Assembly (NCBI GenBank): GCA_051362555.1
Contig: CM120644.1
Span: 4,348,954 to 4,412,953, forward strand
Reading direction: 5' to 3'
Source: Lingula anatina
Taxonomy: Eukaryota > Animalia > Brachiopoda
DNA: 64,000 nucleotides
Below are positions 38,526 to 50,840 of this stretch, piece by piece. The notes under the pieces were generated by a model. That model was not told where the DNA came from. It did no database searches and was given only the letters and a program-made list of their open reading frames with translations. Position numbers and translations under genes: made by a program. How positions within the stretch are numbered: the stretch's first letter is position 1; every line of letters starts with the position of its first letter.

Positions 38526-39622
38526 TAAGGTTATGGTTGTTTGGCAGTACAAAGCATATTGCTCAAGCGCTGTGTAGATTTTAAGCTGGATAAAAGCCGG
38601 ACGGGGCTCTCACACATGTACGTACATTGTAGGAGAGAAACAATAGGGACATCTTCCCAGGCGGAAAAGTTAAAGAAAAATATTATCTTTATTTTCTACG
38701 AGTATGACTCAACACATTAACCCTTATTAAATTGTCATTATACTTATTACAAGTTATCGTTAATTAAATTTTGTCTAAGCCCGTATACATAGGACAACTA
38801 GGGAAGGATGTTGTGTAATCATAATAATTTATGAAACATCTCAGAATTAAAAACTCATCCAGTTAATAGTCAATCCGCTTAAATGGAATGTTGTGCCTGT
38901 TAAAAAAGGACCAGTATTTAAACCAAACGTTACAATGTAATTCAAGCTTTCTCCTACAACACCAACGACGAAATTGAAATTGACCAAAAGATTGTGGTCA
39001 ATGGATTCAGATCAAGCTGCTCAGGAGTGGGTATAGATGTATGTATTTGTATTTTACAATGAAAAGCACGTCATATTTTCATATTTATATATTTGTATGA
39101 GTGACAATGCGTAAATAAAAAAATTCTGAAATAAAAATACATGTCTTGGAAAGGAGAAACAATACTAAAATGTGTCCATATTAACAGCTGTTATATCTAA
39201 TATATAATATCGTAATGCGTTACTGATGTCGCTGGCCCGGTGCCATGCATGAGAAAGAGTTCCCTGCAGTGCAGTGTCTGGTCCCCATTGATTTGTACAG
39301 GTAAGCCCGTCCTAAATTTTGACCCATTTACAGTACGTCACATTAAACCTAGTCTGTATGAATCCAATGGAGGTCGGACTCTCTATTACACGGACCCGCA
39401 GTTCCTTTACACCGGTGTTCATCAACACATTGCAGTCTGAGGATCAAAATCTCAGAACGCTTGTTAGTAGTGGAAGTACCTTTACGAAGAACTATTTCAT
39501 CTTCTTTCAAAAATTCAGACAAATATGGATACCATTACACATTTTAATGACGTAATTTTAATGACGAAATGCAAGGTGTTCGTTTTCCTTCCAATATTAT
39601 GGTGTTTTCAGCCCTGCTTGTC

Positions 39623-40621
39623 TTATTTGAATCTATCCGGGATAAAATTTCGTATGACTCCTGCTCCCTGGGCTAGTATGGTCATCCAGGCGTCCTCTAG
39701 GGGGACAGTTAAGACATACGGGGCGGCAGTCCAGAGAGTGGTCACTGCGTCCGATGAGATGATGTACAGTTGACCAGATATGTAGTTGGGCCAGTACGGG
39801 TACGGGTACAGGTTCTCAGAGACTGCTTCCTCGTCGGCAGAGTTTCGCTTCACTTCGTGGTGGTAGTTCATTTTTCCGGCAAACGTCATCGACGGCGGCA
39901 GGTCTTCCAGGGCGTAGAGGAGTTTTTGAGGGTTGTAGTACGTTCCGTCGTTTACCTTGACCAGAAAGCGGGCGTTACTGCAGTGTTCTGAGAACCACCG
40001 TAGCATCATGGCCGTTTTGCTCGGAGAGGTGTTGTTTTGCTCAAGAAAATCATAAGCGATTATATCGTCGTGAACTTTACCTTCTTCAGTCGTTAAATTC
40101 CAAGCGGTGCTATTCTCAGAACGCCCGATGATAAAGTACAGCTTAATATCTGGACGCGAGTCCAAAAACGCCTTGTTGGATTCCCTCCAATGTGCTCTGG
40201 TTTCCCATGATTCACTGCGCGTGTGGACTATAATAATGGCGGCCATGGCTCTCTCACACGGCTCACTAGGGGAGAGCAGCGGTTTGAAGTCAAACATGTT
40301 CACGGGGACAGTGCTGGGTATATAATAATCTTCTGGGGGGACACAAGTAATTGGCCGACAATTTCTCAGGTCGGCCATCGCGTAGTCTTCGTCTTGATAC
40401 GATTTCAACCGCATGGCAAAATTCCTGATGCAGAAATTACATTTCGGTAGCTCCTCAATATTCTTGCGATTAACTTTGTCCATCATCGTGCTATTGAATA
40501 CTGTCTGATAAATCATCCAAACTGCAGCGACGAAAGTTGCAGCAATTATCGTTAACTTACAGTTTTTCCTTCTCGCATGACGGGCTCTTCTCGTGCTGTG
40601 TTTAACCCGGTGCATGACCAT
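39623..40621 (-). CDS. GT31 B3GALT-like paralog 2, degenerate active site and short C-terminus
   Basis: First in-frame ATG at 40621. TM LTIIAATFVAAVWMIY; IIIVHT, YFIIG, KTAMMLRW, YPYPYWPNYISG, LEDAW. DDD reads NDG, and the ORF stops ~40 aa earlier than its neighbours. Confidence 0.85.
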   Translation of the reverse strand: MVMHRVKHSTRRARHARRKNCKLTIIAATFVAAVWMIYQTVFNSTMMDKVNRKNIEELPKCNFCIRNFAMRLKSYQDEDYAMADLRNCRPITCVPPEDYYIPSTVPVNMFDFKPLLSPSEPCERAMAAIIIVHTRSESWETRAHWRESNKAFLDSRPDIKLYFIIGRSENSTAWNLTTEEGKVHDDIIAYDFLEQNNTSPSKTAMMLRWFSEHCSNARFLVKVNDGTYYNPQKLLYALEDLPPSMTFAGKMNYHHEVKRNSADEEAVSENLYPYPYWPNYISGQLYIISSDAVTTLWTAAPYVLTVPLEDAWMTILAQGAGVIRNFIPDRFK

Positions 40622-42230
40622 AGTGCTTATCCCTGATAACGAATCCAAAATGGAGGCATCGAGACTTATCAATTAGTAAGGACTCGGCTTGCAACGTCAC
40701 TGCTTTAGAACCACGTTTTACATATTTTATGGTTTTCTTGGTTAACATGACGATACAGGCGGTATGCTATGAAGAAGCTGTCAGAGAGAGAGAGAGAGAG
40801 AGATGTATGAACCTCCATATAATTACTATATAAACCATCACTTAAAGTCGAAGATATAATAACCTGAACGTTTATCAAACGTCCTGGACCAGAAGAAAAC
40901 AGAAAATAAAATTAAGCTGTTGTTGAGTGAAAGATATTTATCAAAACTAGAACAAAACTCGTGTTATAATTTCTTATTTGTTTGTTTGTTTTTGAGCATC
41001 CAATTCTGCCAGATAAATGTTTATTATTACTTTGATATTGAACACGTAGCTCGCCTAACATCCAATACGTTTGAAATGACCAAGACATTAAGTAGTGTCA
41101 TTAAAGGTTGAACGCGCTGGTCAACGAGGCATTTAACAGGTACCATCCGTTTCAAGTGCGTATAAATATTTCGTATTAACGCGCGAAAGCGATTCTCAGA
41201 ATAAATCACGCTATCAATTATTTACAGCAGTAACTGATCATTTGGCACAAAAAGATAATTATTACAAAAGCGTTTTAATTATTTATCGCCATGTGTTCAC
41301 TTAAAATTATACCCGTTTTCGTCTTATGTTTATTTCAAGTTACCATGATAAGTTGAATTTAAACACGACAGAGCAATCGAGTTTACACAAAGTGGCTCTC
41401 TGTCTCGCGCATCAAGATTGAATTTTTTATTTGTTTAAAACGAGTTGCTTGTTCATGTTAGACTGATGTCTGTGCAATCGCAATGCAGTGTGATATCCGA
41501 ACTGCGGAAAGTGTAATGATTATTTGCTATAATATTGTATAATGCATATTTGTAATTCATTCTGCTCATTATTAAAGTTGTGGGCCTATTTGTATTGCTT
41601 AAACTCCAAAACATTCACGTTATATTCGTTTACAAGCAAGAAGCAAACATTCTTATGTACAATAATATATTTATTTTTCTTTTTCATTTCACTAAGTTGT
41701 TATTTTCAACTAAAACTGTTAGTGCCTTTAAAGGACGAAACTACATGTATTTCTTGCATCTATTACAGCGTGCAATATGTATTAAAAACTAAAGAATGTG
41801 TTCTGTATAGGCCATATATTGTCCCAGTAACAAAGCTTTAATTTCATAATGTAATTCAGCACATTATCAGTGTTTGAACAAACGATGTTTAGTCATATTG
41901 CCCATTACTGCGTTAAATCTTTATTATCGAATCACAACAAGTGGAAATTAAAAAAGGAATACTTGTCTTAAATAATGCATGTGTAAATTAAAAATCATTC
42001 AGTACTTTTATATTAATGTGTTATGTAAAGACATTCATTTCAACTTGAATGTTCAAAAGACTTAAAAATTTTATTAACCTAATAAGACGATAAGTGATAA
42101 ATTTTCATCAACAGCACCATACCATCCACTGTGATTTCACAAACGTAACCATTCCTGGCATTTTTGTTGTACATGTAATGCGCCCATGGGAAACAAACAT
42201 GCTAAAATATACCATGTGGAATGAATGGTG

Positions 42231-45200
42231 TCATATATACTTCCTTTGACAGTTCATCCACAATTTCGCTATGTCTTTCCTGGATGTTCCTGGTTTATCT
42301 GACCGCACGAGATAGCCGACAAATTTGTCTGCTGCCTGGCAAATTTCATCCCTGTTTTCATCTGACCACTTCTCATGTTCACCGTACATGTCAGGTAAGA
42401 AGTAACGCTCTACCCCGACAGATAGTGCTAACAGTGTCAACCACGCGTCCTCTATGGTGACACGTGGGACGTACGATACAGCATGCCATAACTTACTGAC
42501 GGCGTCCGCAGAAACAATGTACATCCCGCCAGCGACATAGTTCGGCCAGTAAGGATAAGGATATTCTTCCTCTGAGACGTAAAATTTGTTTTTGGGGTTT
42601 CTCTGTACGCGTGCGTGGAATATCATTTTTCCTGCCAAAACCATATGATCGGGTATCTCTTCGAGGGTTTCTAGAAGTTTTCGCGGGTTGAAATACATGT
42701 CGTCGTCCATTTTGATAAGATATTTTGCATCGCGACAAAACTGGCTAAACCAATGCAGCATTAGGGCTGTCTTGGTTGGCAAGTTCTCATAGCTGTCAGT
42801 AAACTCGTAGGAAATGACGTCATTGTTTACGTCGCTGTCTTCCGTTATACGTCCCCATTGCACTTTATTAGAAGTATACCCTATGACGAAGAATATGCGG
42901 AAATCCGGGTGTGACATCAGAAAGCGTTTGGTGACCTGTCTCCAAACGTTTCTGACGTCAGTGGACGCGACTTGCGTGTACACTACTATAACTCCAGTTA
43001 GATTACCCGCGCATGCGTCCTTGGTTGGTCTTAACATTAATTTATTCAAATTGTTCAACGGCAGAGGACGCTTCTTGAAGAAATCATCCGGAGGTATGCA
43101 CAAAACAGGGATGCATTTATTCTTTTTAGCTTTCTCCATATCTTGCTCTGATAAATTGCCAGCTTTGGCAAAATTTCTGACGCAGAAATCGCATTTTGGC
43201 CAAACGTAGCTCTCATTGGTTGGGGCGACTGCGGTCATGTTAACAGTCTCGTTTTGTTTTTTCTCACTAGAAGGAGTCAGCATATCAAATGCTAGCCATA
43301 TTTCTTTAGGGCGAGTTCCTTTAACTGCGGTTTTTGTGTCTAGATGTTGATCGCCGTGTCGACCTAGTAGAATTAACAGTAGTAAAACCAATGCAAGTGA
43401 AACTCCTAATATCGCTTGGAATCGTCTACGTCTACAAGCCAACTCCCCTGAAACAAAAAGAAGAAAAATGAGCATGTGATAGAATAAGAAAATATTGCCT
43501 ATAAATATTGCATATTGCCTATAATATAGCGTTTAGCACTGTGTGTCTTAGAGATTAGAACTTAGTGTACTTAGAAGTCTCATAAAACATATTTTCAAAA
43601 TGATGAGACCGACGATGGATATTCGTATCAAGTGGGTTTTTCTGGCTAAGATGTCTTTTTTAATTAGAAAATCAAAACTAGTATGGCTCATTATCAGTAT
43701 TAATAAGCCCGTAAACCAATAAACAGGGGATTTATTAATGTAAAATTGTTTCAGAAAAGTGTAAAGTACAAGTACATTATAGACAAATGATAAAAGGCAA
43801 CACTTCATTGTGAACAAATTTACCACAACTTTATTAAACGTTAAAAGAAATAAAGATCAATGAAAATAATTCATATAAGCTTGATAAATGGCATTCTTTA
43901 TAATATATATCACAAAAGGTTAATATAGCATTGGAAACTGAAACATCTACAACGTCTTGTGAGAAACACCTCTATTAGAAACTAAATAATGAATGAAAAA
44001 GTAATGAATTGTGCATCGCTAATACTGGTAGCTATGTGGTAGCAGATATTGTAGCACGCAACATTCGGGTATATCAAGTAAATACATTGCTATACATATC
44101 ACTAGAGTAAAAATTGATACGCTCCGATTTTTACAAATTACTCGAGACTAACTTCCAATGCCGCATTGGCGGCAATGCATCGATGGTTTTCGACAAGGGG
44201 ATTCTTACAATTGAGGCCAGTTTTTAATGATCTCTGAAATTTAGGGTGAAGCAAATACGACAAACATATAAAATCGTATTGTATGGGAAAAGGGTCCTAC
44301 TTTATATTAAACTAAAAGTGAGTTCTACTTATAAGAATGATGTGATTTTTTCTTCAGTCAACAGCTAAAATAAATAATTTGAATGTCTATCAGGACATGT
44401 TGGACGGGAATGTTGCGTGCTACAATATCTGCTACCGCATTCTTCAGGGAATGAGGCTATCCAGGTGAATGATAGCCTCATTCCCTGAAGAAGATGTCCT
44501 GATAGACATCGAAATATTGGAGGTAAAACCTATCTCAATATAAGCTGTTGACTGAAGAAAAAATCACATCATTCTTATAACTTAACACAGCTGATGAAAT
44601 TCTTCTCCGAGTTCTACTTATGGAAGTAAAACCGGTAGTGAATGAACACGTGCACATAAGATTCAACTGGTGCATGCGTTTTATACAATTTTCACGACTT
44701 GCTTCATAACATGATATTAGATTAAACATGTCAACAGATACTGTGATTATCTACTAGACACATTTCAGTAATCGTAAAACAGACGTAAGGTGCCCTTGTC
44801 GTTGATGAAATATTTAAACCCGGCGCTAGCATATTACACGTACGTATTTATTTCCTAAATAGCGTAATAATTACATGCGATTACCTATGTTTTATTTTGA
44901 GTGATAAAACAATACATCGTACAACTGCCATATGATTAAGTATTAATATTTCGATGAGAAATGGACTTAATTGCAATTGGTATTTGTTTAATTAAAAAAA
45001 CTAGCAACATAAGAACTTTGGTACGATTGATATCACCTCATAATTCGATTAAAGCGGTAACTTGTTCTGCAAAAAATTGAAAAAAATTAAATGCGCACAT
45101 ATAGTGGTCAATTTTCTGTGTAATCTATATAAAGAGGGTGCTTTTGAAGATGGTGCCTCTGGAAAAGTGGAAACTCTTTTGAGGCCAGCCACACTGTCGC

Positions 45201-45731
45201 ATATACACAAGCACATACTGAGACATTAAAAAACCCCTTGACTCTAACATACAAGACATGGCCGCTGTCATTGGCTATTACATATGCTGCGAGAAGAATT
45301 CCACAAATCAGGTGGTCTTGAAATTCATCACACAACTCACAAACGAGCGAGCGCGGGGATCCTTTCGTTCATTTAATCATAATCGTGTATATATAAACAT
45401 ACATATTGAAAATAACTTGTGTGAATAAAACAGTTCCCATAGAGCTGGAGCACATGTTAAATGTCTCATGGAGGACATGTTAGATGATGACAACAACGGT
45501 AATTTCATGCTAAAAGCCACAACAAAATGTTCACTTTGTGAACCATTGCAACCCACACGTACCTTGTAAAAGACAGCCGTATAGTCTAGATATTACTGCC
45601 GATCTCTCAGCCAAGGCTTTAAGTCGAACTTTGGCGATTTTTGCTGACCTCTCCATTAGGTTGATCACCCGCCGGACCTTGTGCTTTATAAAGATTCGGC
45701 TGTTAACGCTAGGTGTCGTGCGCTTGGCCAT
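42231..45731 (-). CDS. GT31 B3GALT-like paralog 3, two coding exons
   Basis: Exon 1 45731-45563 (MAKRTTPSV...CLLQ G|gtacgt, phase 1) joins exon 2 43447-42231 (acceptor tttttgtttcag|GG, phase 1). TM, DSYENLPTKT, KMDDDMYFN, QRNPKNKFYV, YPYPYWPNYVAG, IEDAW. Exon 2 is secure; exon 1 is inferred. Confidence 0.88.
44029..44605. mobile_element. Rearranged inverted-repeat complex, probably Penelope-like element termini
   Basis: 44329-44398 is inverted against 44494-44580; perfect hairpin at 44441-44492; 44033-44066 is inverted against 44408-44441. A homologous copy lies at 63280-63423. Confidence 0.6.
44482..44521 (+). ncRNA. Minimal type I hammerhead ribozyme motif (Penelope-associated type)
   Basis: TCC-CTGAAGA-A-GATGTC(CTGATA)GACATC-GAAA-TATT-GGA: core boxes CUGANGA and GAAA, 6-bp stem II, 3-bp stem I, palindromic ATAT in place of stem III. 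Confidence 0.62.
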
Positions 45732-47070
45732 AGCAGGTTGGCTTGTTGGCAGCAATGGCGGCCGTTCCCTTACACTCCGCTATGTCGAAGAACCCACATA
45801 CTATTCACATATACATGAAATATTCAATCCGAGCGTTTCAGCTGCGCTGGAAAATTTTTGTGAATTTGGTATAGCTATAACCATATAAAAACCGACGTGC
45901 GTCTTTCGTTTAATATGATTGCCTGGTAATGTTCGGTAATGCGGTGTGCTACCCACGAAACATTAAAATAATGTAGAGACGAAGAAGAGAGAAAAGAGCA
46001 TTGGATGACACGTGTACAACTTCGGATTTCTTGTATTCCTTGTCTACATGTACAGATTGAATGCGGACACGCAAGAAATATTTAATGGAATCAGTTTTGA
46101 TGATAGTGTTTTATTTGCAATACTGGGTATGCGCGCTAGTCTCTATATACTGTAACTACTATAACTAAAGTGTACAATGTTGAACATCTGGATTTATATG
46201 GATATATCCCCGGTAGATTATTTATGTCACTGAAATTATCCAAATGCCTCTTTCCTTTTAACTTCTATTGAAATTATCATTTTTTTTTAAATTTTAACTT
46301 TAACTTTAATTGGGTGCAGTCGTGTTTGAACTGTATTTCAAAGCTAAAGGTAGTAAAATATCACTAATAAACAAACAAACAAACAAACAAATAAAAAAAC
46401 AACAATTAAGTGATGGGTGTAACTTTATTTTTAATAGAGAATATGGATATTAGTTTTATATATGTAGCTGTACTCACTTTTGGACCAGGGACAGATCGTT
46501 TCGGCAGACGCTAGGTACATGCATGGAACACGTCACAACTATGGCACTTTTGTTTAAAAAAACTACGTTTCACCCCCCCCCCCCCCCCAAAAAAAAAAAA
46601 AAAAAAAGGTACCAAACAACGAATTCTTTGTACCAGTAGGATATTCAGTCATATCAAATTCTATTTTCGAAATATAACATTAGTTAATGGACGTGTTCAA
46701 TCACACATGTTATAGTGAGAATAGCAGGCAGAACAGATGTATTTTAAGGAGTGCCTTCCTTGTGATGGTTACTATTTCGTAGGCGTGCTGGTCCCTTTTT
46801 TATTGACTATTTTCTATTTCATTATATATGGATTATTGTCATGGCAACTGATACAGCATAAAATAGAAGTTTTGATTGGCATGTCAAAGGTTAAAAGTAC
46901 GGGTAACAATTGTTAAAGAATAGTCATTAATTGATTTTATTAAACTTATTGGTAATTTTGATAGGTGTATCAATTCTTTATACATGTATACTAAGGTTTT
47001 AAACCTTTACTCTTCTTTTTCCCCTCACAAGAAATGATACATAATGCGCACACACTTCTTTAGCACTAGT

Positions 47071-48396
47071 TTAAACAGCAGAGGCATTACGACATTCATA
47101 CCAAATTTTCTCAATGTCCATCTTGGCTCTCCCTGTCATGAGATAACCGACCTGTTTCTCTGCAGTGGCGCAGATAGTATTCTTTAACTTATCCACCCAC
47201 CGCTCAGGGCGGCGGTTGGTGAAATCCCGGGTTAACTGCCTCTCTACTCCGGTAGCTATTGCTAGAGTGGTGACCCAAGCGTCCTCCAGGTTAACGACGG
47301 GGATATACGGTGCCACGGCCCATAATTTAGGCACTGCCTTTCCCGAGACGACGTAGAGTCCGCCTCCTTGGAAGTTTGGCCAGAAGTGATATGGATACTG
47401 CTCGTATGGCACATAGATACTATCACTCGGATCACGACGGACCTCGTGGTGAAAGTTTAATCTCCCTACAATGACGAGTTGGTTGGAGAATTTTCTCAGC
47501 ACTTGGAGAAGCTTTTTAGGATTGAAAAACATGTCGTCGTCGATTTTGATTAGGTATTCTAAGTTTTGACAGTTTTCCGTGCACCACCGAAGCATCATGG
47601 CGGTTTTCAGTGGGAGATTGTGGTAGCTGTCTATGAAACTATACCCTATGATGTCGTTATTTTGTTTACCCTCGTTTTCGGTCGCTTTCCAAGCTGCCGT
47701 GTCTGCCGTGTAACCCACCATGAATAAAATTCGAAACTGTGGATGTGCTTTTAGAAATGGCTTCGTAACGCGTCGCCATAGTGACCTGATGCCTGCACCC
47801 GTTACTTTGGTGTGCACGACAATCAAGATGCGAGATTCTTTGTCACTGCAAACCCCCTTTGGAGAGAGTATCATTGTGTAATATTCAAAGCCGTTTATTG
47901 GCTTGGGTCGAGGGATGTAGTATTCAGGCGGCGGCAGACACGTGAGAGCCCTGCATTGCAGTTCAGCAGCTTTCTGTTCGTCAAGACGGTAATTTGGGTC
48001 CTTCTCTCTGAAATTTCTGATGCAGAAGTTGCATGGGGGTAACTCATTGCTGTTTTCTTTGCTCACATTGTCTGCCTGGGGAGTCTCACCAACTGTGCTT
48101 TCGTATTTGTTTGACGGCGGTTCTGTGCGGACAGATGAGTCAGTGGACAATGGTGCCCACTTCACTTTGGAACTCTTTTTCTCTGTTCCTTTTGACTGGC
48201 TGGCATCTACCCTTCCTTCACGTTCATATTGACGTTCTTCTCTTGTATATAAGTCAGCAAAATCCTCTTCAATCCATTCATTTTCCTTAAAATATGTTAT
48301 ATTTATTTGTGGGAAATGCTCCCTGTAGTGGACCATGATGACGATAATGCCTACTGCAAGGGCTGCTAAGACCCGCGAATTTCTTCTGAAGAGCAT
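47071..48396 (-). CDS. GT31 B3GALT-like paralog 4, single coding exon
   Basis: Acceptor ttccag just upstream of the ATG; TM; long S/T/E-rich stem; DSYHNLPLKT, KIDDDMFFN, RRDP, YPYHFWPNF, LEDAW. Confidence 0.92.
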   Translation of the reverse strand: MLFRRNSRVLAALAVGIIVIMVHYREHFPQINITYFKENEWIEEDFADLYTREERQYEREGRVDASQSKGTEKKSSKVKWAPLSTDSSVRTEPPSNKYESTVGETPQADNVSKENSNELPPCNFCIRNFREKDPNYRLDEQKAAELQCRALTCLPPPEYYIPRPKPINGFEYYTMILSPKGVCSDKESRILIVVHTKVTGAGIRSLWRRVTKPFLKAHPQFRILFMVGYTADTAAWKATENEGKQNNDIIGYSFIDSYHNLPLKTAMMLRWCTENCQNLEYLIKIDDDMFFNPKKLLQVLRKFSNQLVIVGRLNFHHEVRRDPSDSIYVPYEQYPYHFWPNFQGGGLYVVSGKAVPKLWAVAPYIPVVNLEDAWVTTLAIATGVERQLTRDFTNRRPERWVDKLKNTICATAEKQVGYLMTGRAKMDIEKIWYECRNASAV

Positions 48397-48477
48397 GACA
48401 GACCTGGAATAATAATTAAAAGTAAACTATTTACGGTGCTCTGTGATATATTAACTGGTAATAAATAGATTATCTAA

Positions 48478-48537
<60 letters not shown>

Positions 48538-50647
48538 GTGTACTTACTGGGAATTATTTCTTGGTGAATGTGCTTGATGAATGTGCTGAAGTGACAATGA
48601 GCTACATAAAACTTTGTTAGCAATTATGCATTCCGAGTACAACTGTTACATCATATCCGAACAACAACTATTGTTAAATATGGGAAAATTGCCGTTTACC
48701 CCAGGAAAATTCATTTTTGGACAAAATGAACAGTTGTTATCCTTTTAAGTTTTCCGATGATACCACCTGCGCTGGCCCTATTAGCACTTCTGAGTTCGAT
48801 TATCGAAATCAAGTTTCGTCTCTTGTTTCATGTAACAGGCTTGTTAAAGGGTCAAACGGTGCATTTTGTAGTACAAATGTCTAACTTGGCATGAATGTTC
48901 TTTGGGCCAAAGGAAAATGTTTTATTCATAGAGGCACGCAAAACGCACAGCTGTTACTAGTCTCAGTGACTACAGCCCTGTAGCTCTTACTTCCATTGAT
49001 ATGAAGGTGCTTCAGAAATTTGTTCTGCAACATGTAAAATCAAAATTACCAACGTCCTTCGACCCTTTTCAAGTTGCATATCGAAAGACAGGTCTACTGG
49101 GGATGCTGTTGCTATCACTTTACATAATGTTCTTATTTTTTTTATCACAAAATCCCTAATTATTCACGATTACACTTTATATATTATACCTCTACATTTA
49201 ACACGATATCGTCTTTTAAACTGCACGAAAAACGTGTAAATTCTCTCAATTTTAGTACATCACTCACAGGCCTGTAGCCGGGGGGGGGGGGGGGGGGGGG
49301 GGGGGGGTCGGGGGGTTCGAAAGACTCAGTGACTGGATTTTAAATTTCCGAAGACTATAGACTTGCCATACATATCTCTGATCATCTTAAATGGCACATC
49401 AACATAAATAAAATTGTTTGTAAGGCTCACCAAATACTTTACTTCCTTCGACGATTGAAAAACTATGTGAGGAAATCTTCAGTGGGTATATAAAAGGTAA
49501 CGTACGGGGGGTGCATTATCCATCAAGAGTTGGTTTATCATTAACCTTAGCTAATATGTTAATTTTATAATTATTCAAAATAACGATGTCTTTTTGGTCG
49601 AGTGTAATTCAATGGGCCGTTATTTATGCTTCTTCCTGTATTGAAATCAAGAAAGAAGGAAGGTAAACCGCAAATACTCACTTTTTATTTAATCTTGAAG
49701 CATGTTTACCGCAGGATTCGTTGACAGATTTGTAATGGTATAAAACTATCCTCGAAGTTGCTCTTATCTCTATACGCCTCTTAAGTTAGGACTACAGCTG
49801 TAGTGATAAGTTATATACATTGTAAGCCATTACAGTAATAACGTTACCTCGATTAATTTCTTTTTTTAATGAAATGGCGAAAATCAACATCCATTGAGAC
49901 AACATAGACACATCCGGTGTGAATCCACCCAATATAAAGTCTAAAGCATTATGATTTCCCGATGGAAAAGGCAAAACAGCATAAAAAACGTTCACCTACC
50001 GTAATATTCGGTTCCTAAGATATACCATATATATCTATATATTTCTTGTCGTCTGTCAGATCAGCGAGGCACGGCAGTAGTATACCTCCATCTGTGTGCT
50101 ACGTTCTTCAATTATTTAGAAAAAAAATCTATTATTCATGAAAAATCTGAGCTCAAGGTCTAGGTGTGGGTTTGAGCCCATATAACATTCCCCAGTGCTA
50201 ACTGACGTCGACTAATCACTCGTACAATAAGAGAAATGTTCTTCATTACGGAGAACTAAGAGCCCCTGAAAAAAGTTACAGTGAAGTTGAAATAATGATA
50301 TCTGAACGTCCACTATACTGGGTAACAACAATGGGACATACCAGTAGACATCAACATTTTAACATGGTCACGATATTGTCAGCATGCTTTCCGATTAGAA
50401 TATGCATAGTGTTTTGCTTTATATTCATAAATATGCATCAAACACGTATAAAGATTATCAGGGTAGCCTACACTTAACTTCACAGAGTTGAGAAAGCACG
50501 CTGCGATCCCGAATCGGCGGTTTAACAGCGATGACATGAAATTGTTTTTCGTGAATTACACGCCAAAAAGTGGGAATCGGATTATTTAATTAGTCTCGAT
50601 TAATATTCATGTGACTGGGTTATTACGTCATCAAAACTATTTTCATC

Positions 50648-50840
50648 GAGTCTCACTAAATTGCTATCAACTTAACCAACTTAAATGTCTGTCACGCCTA
50701 CCGAATAAGCTATGGTAAAGATAGTTACCCCCTAACAGCTTTACTAGACGTGACAGACATTTCAGCTGGTTAAGCTGATAGCAATTTAGTGAGACTCCCC
50801 AGGGAGATAGATCGATCCAAATATCTGTGGGAATGGTCCC
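50648..50840. mobile_element. MITE family B-related palindromic copy (left end truncated)
   Basis: gagtctcactaaattgctatca...tgatagcaatttagtgagactc; ends gatagatcgatccaaatatctgtgggaatgg, like 25681-25735. Confidence 0.72.

Noticed and set aside
43448-43475. Apparent hydrophobic start MLIFLLFVS of the 414-aa ORF
   Set aside because: It is the translated polypyrimidine tract and acceptor of the intron; a phase-compatible upstream exon exists.
44586-44640. Second CTGATGA suggesting another hammerhead
   Set aside because: No stem II followed by GAAA downstream.
50150-50230. tRNA-like A/B boxes on the minus strand
   Set aside because: No cloverleaf can be folded; at most a decayed SINE head.
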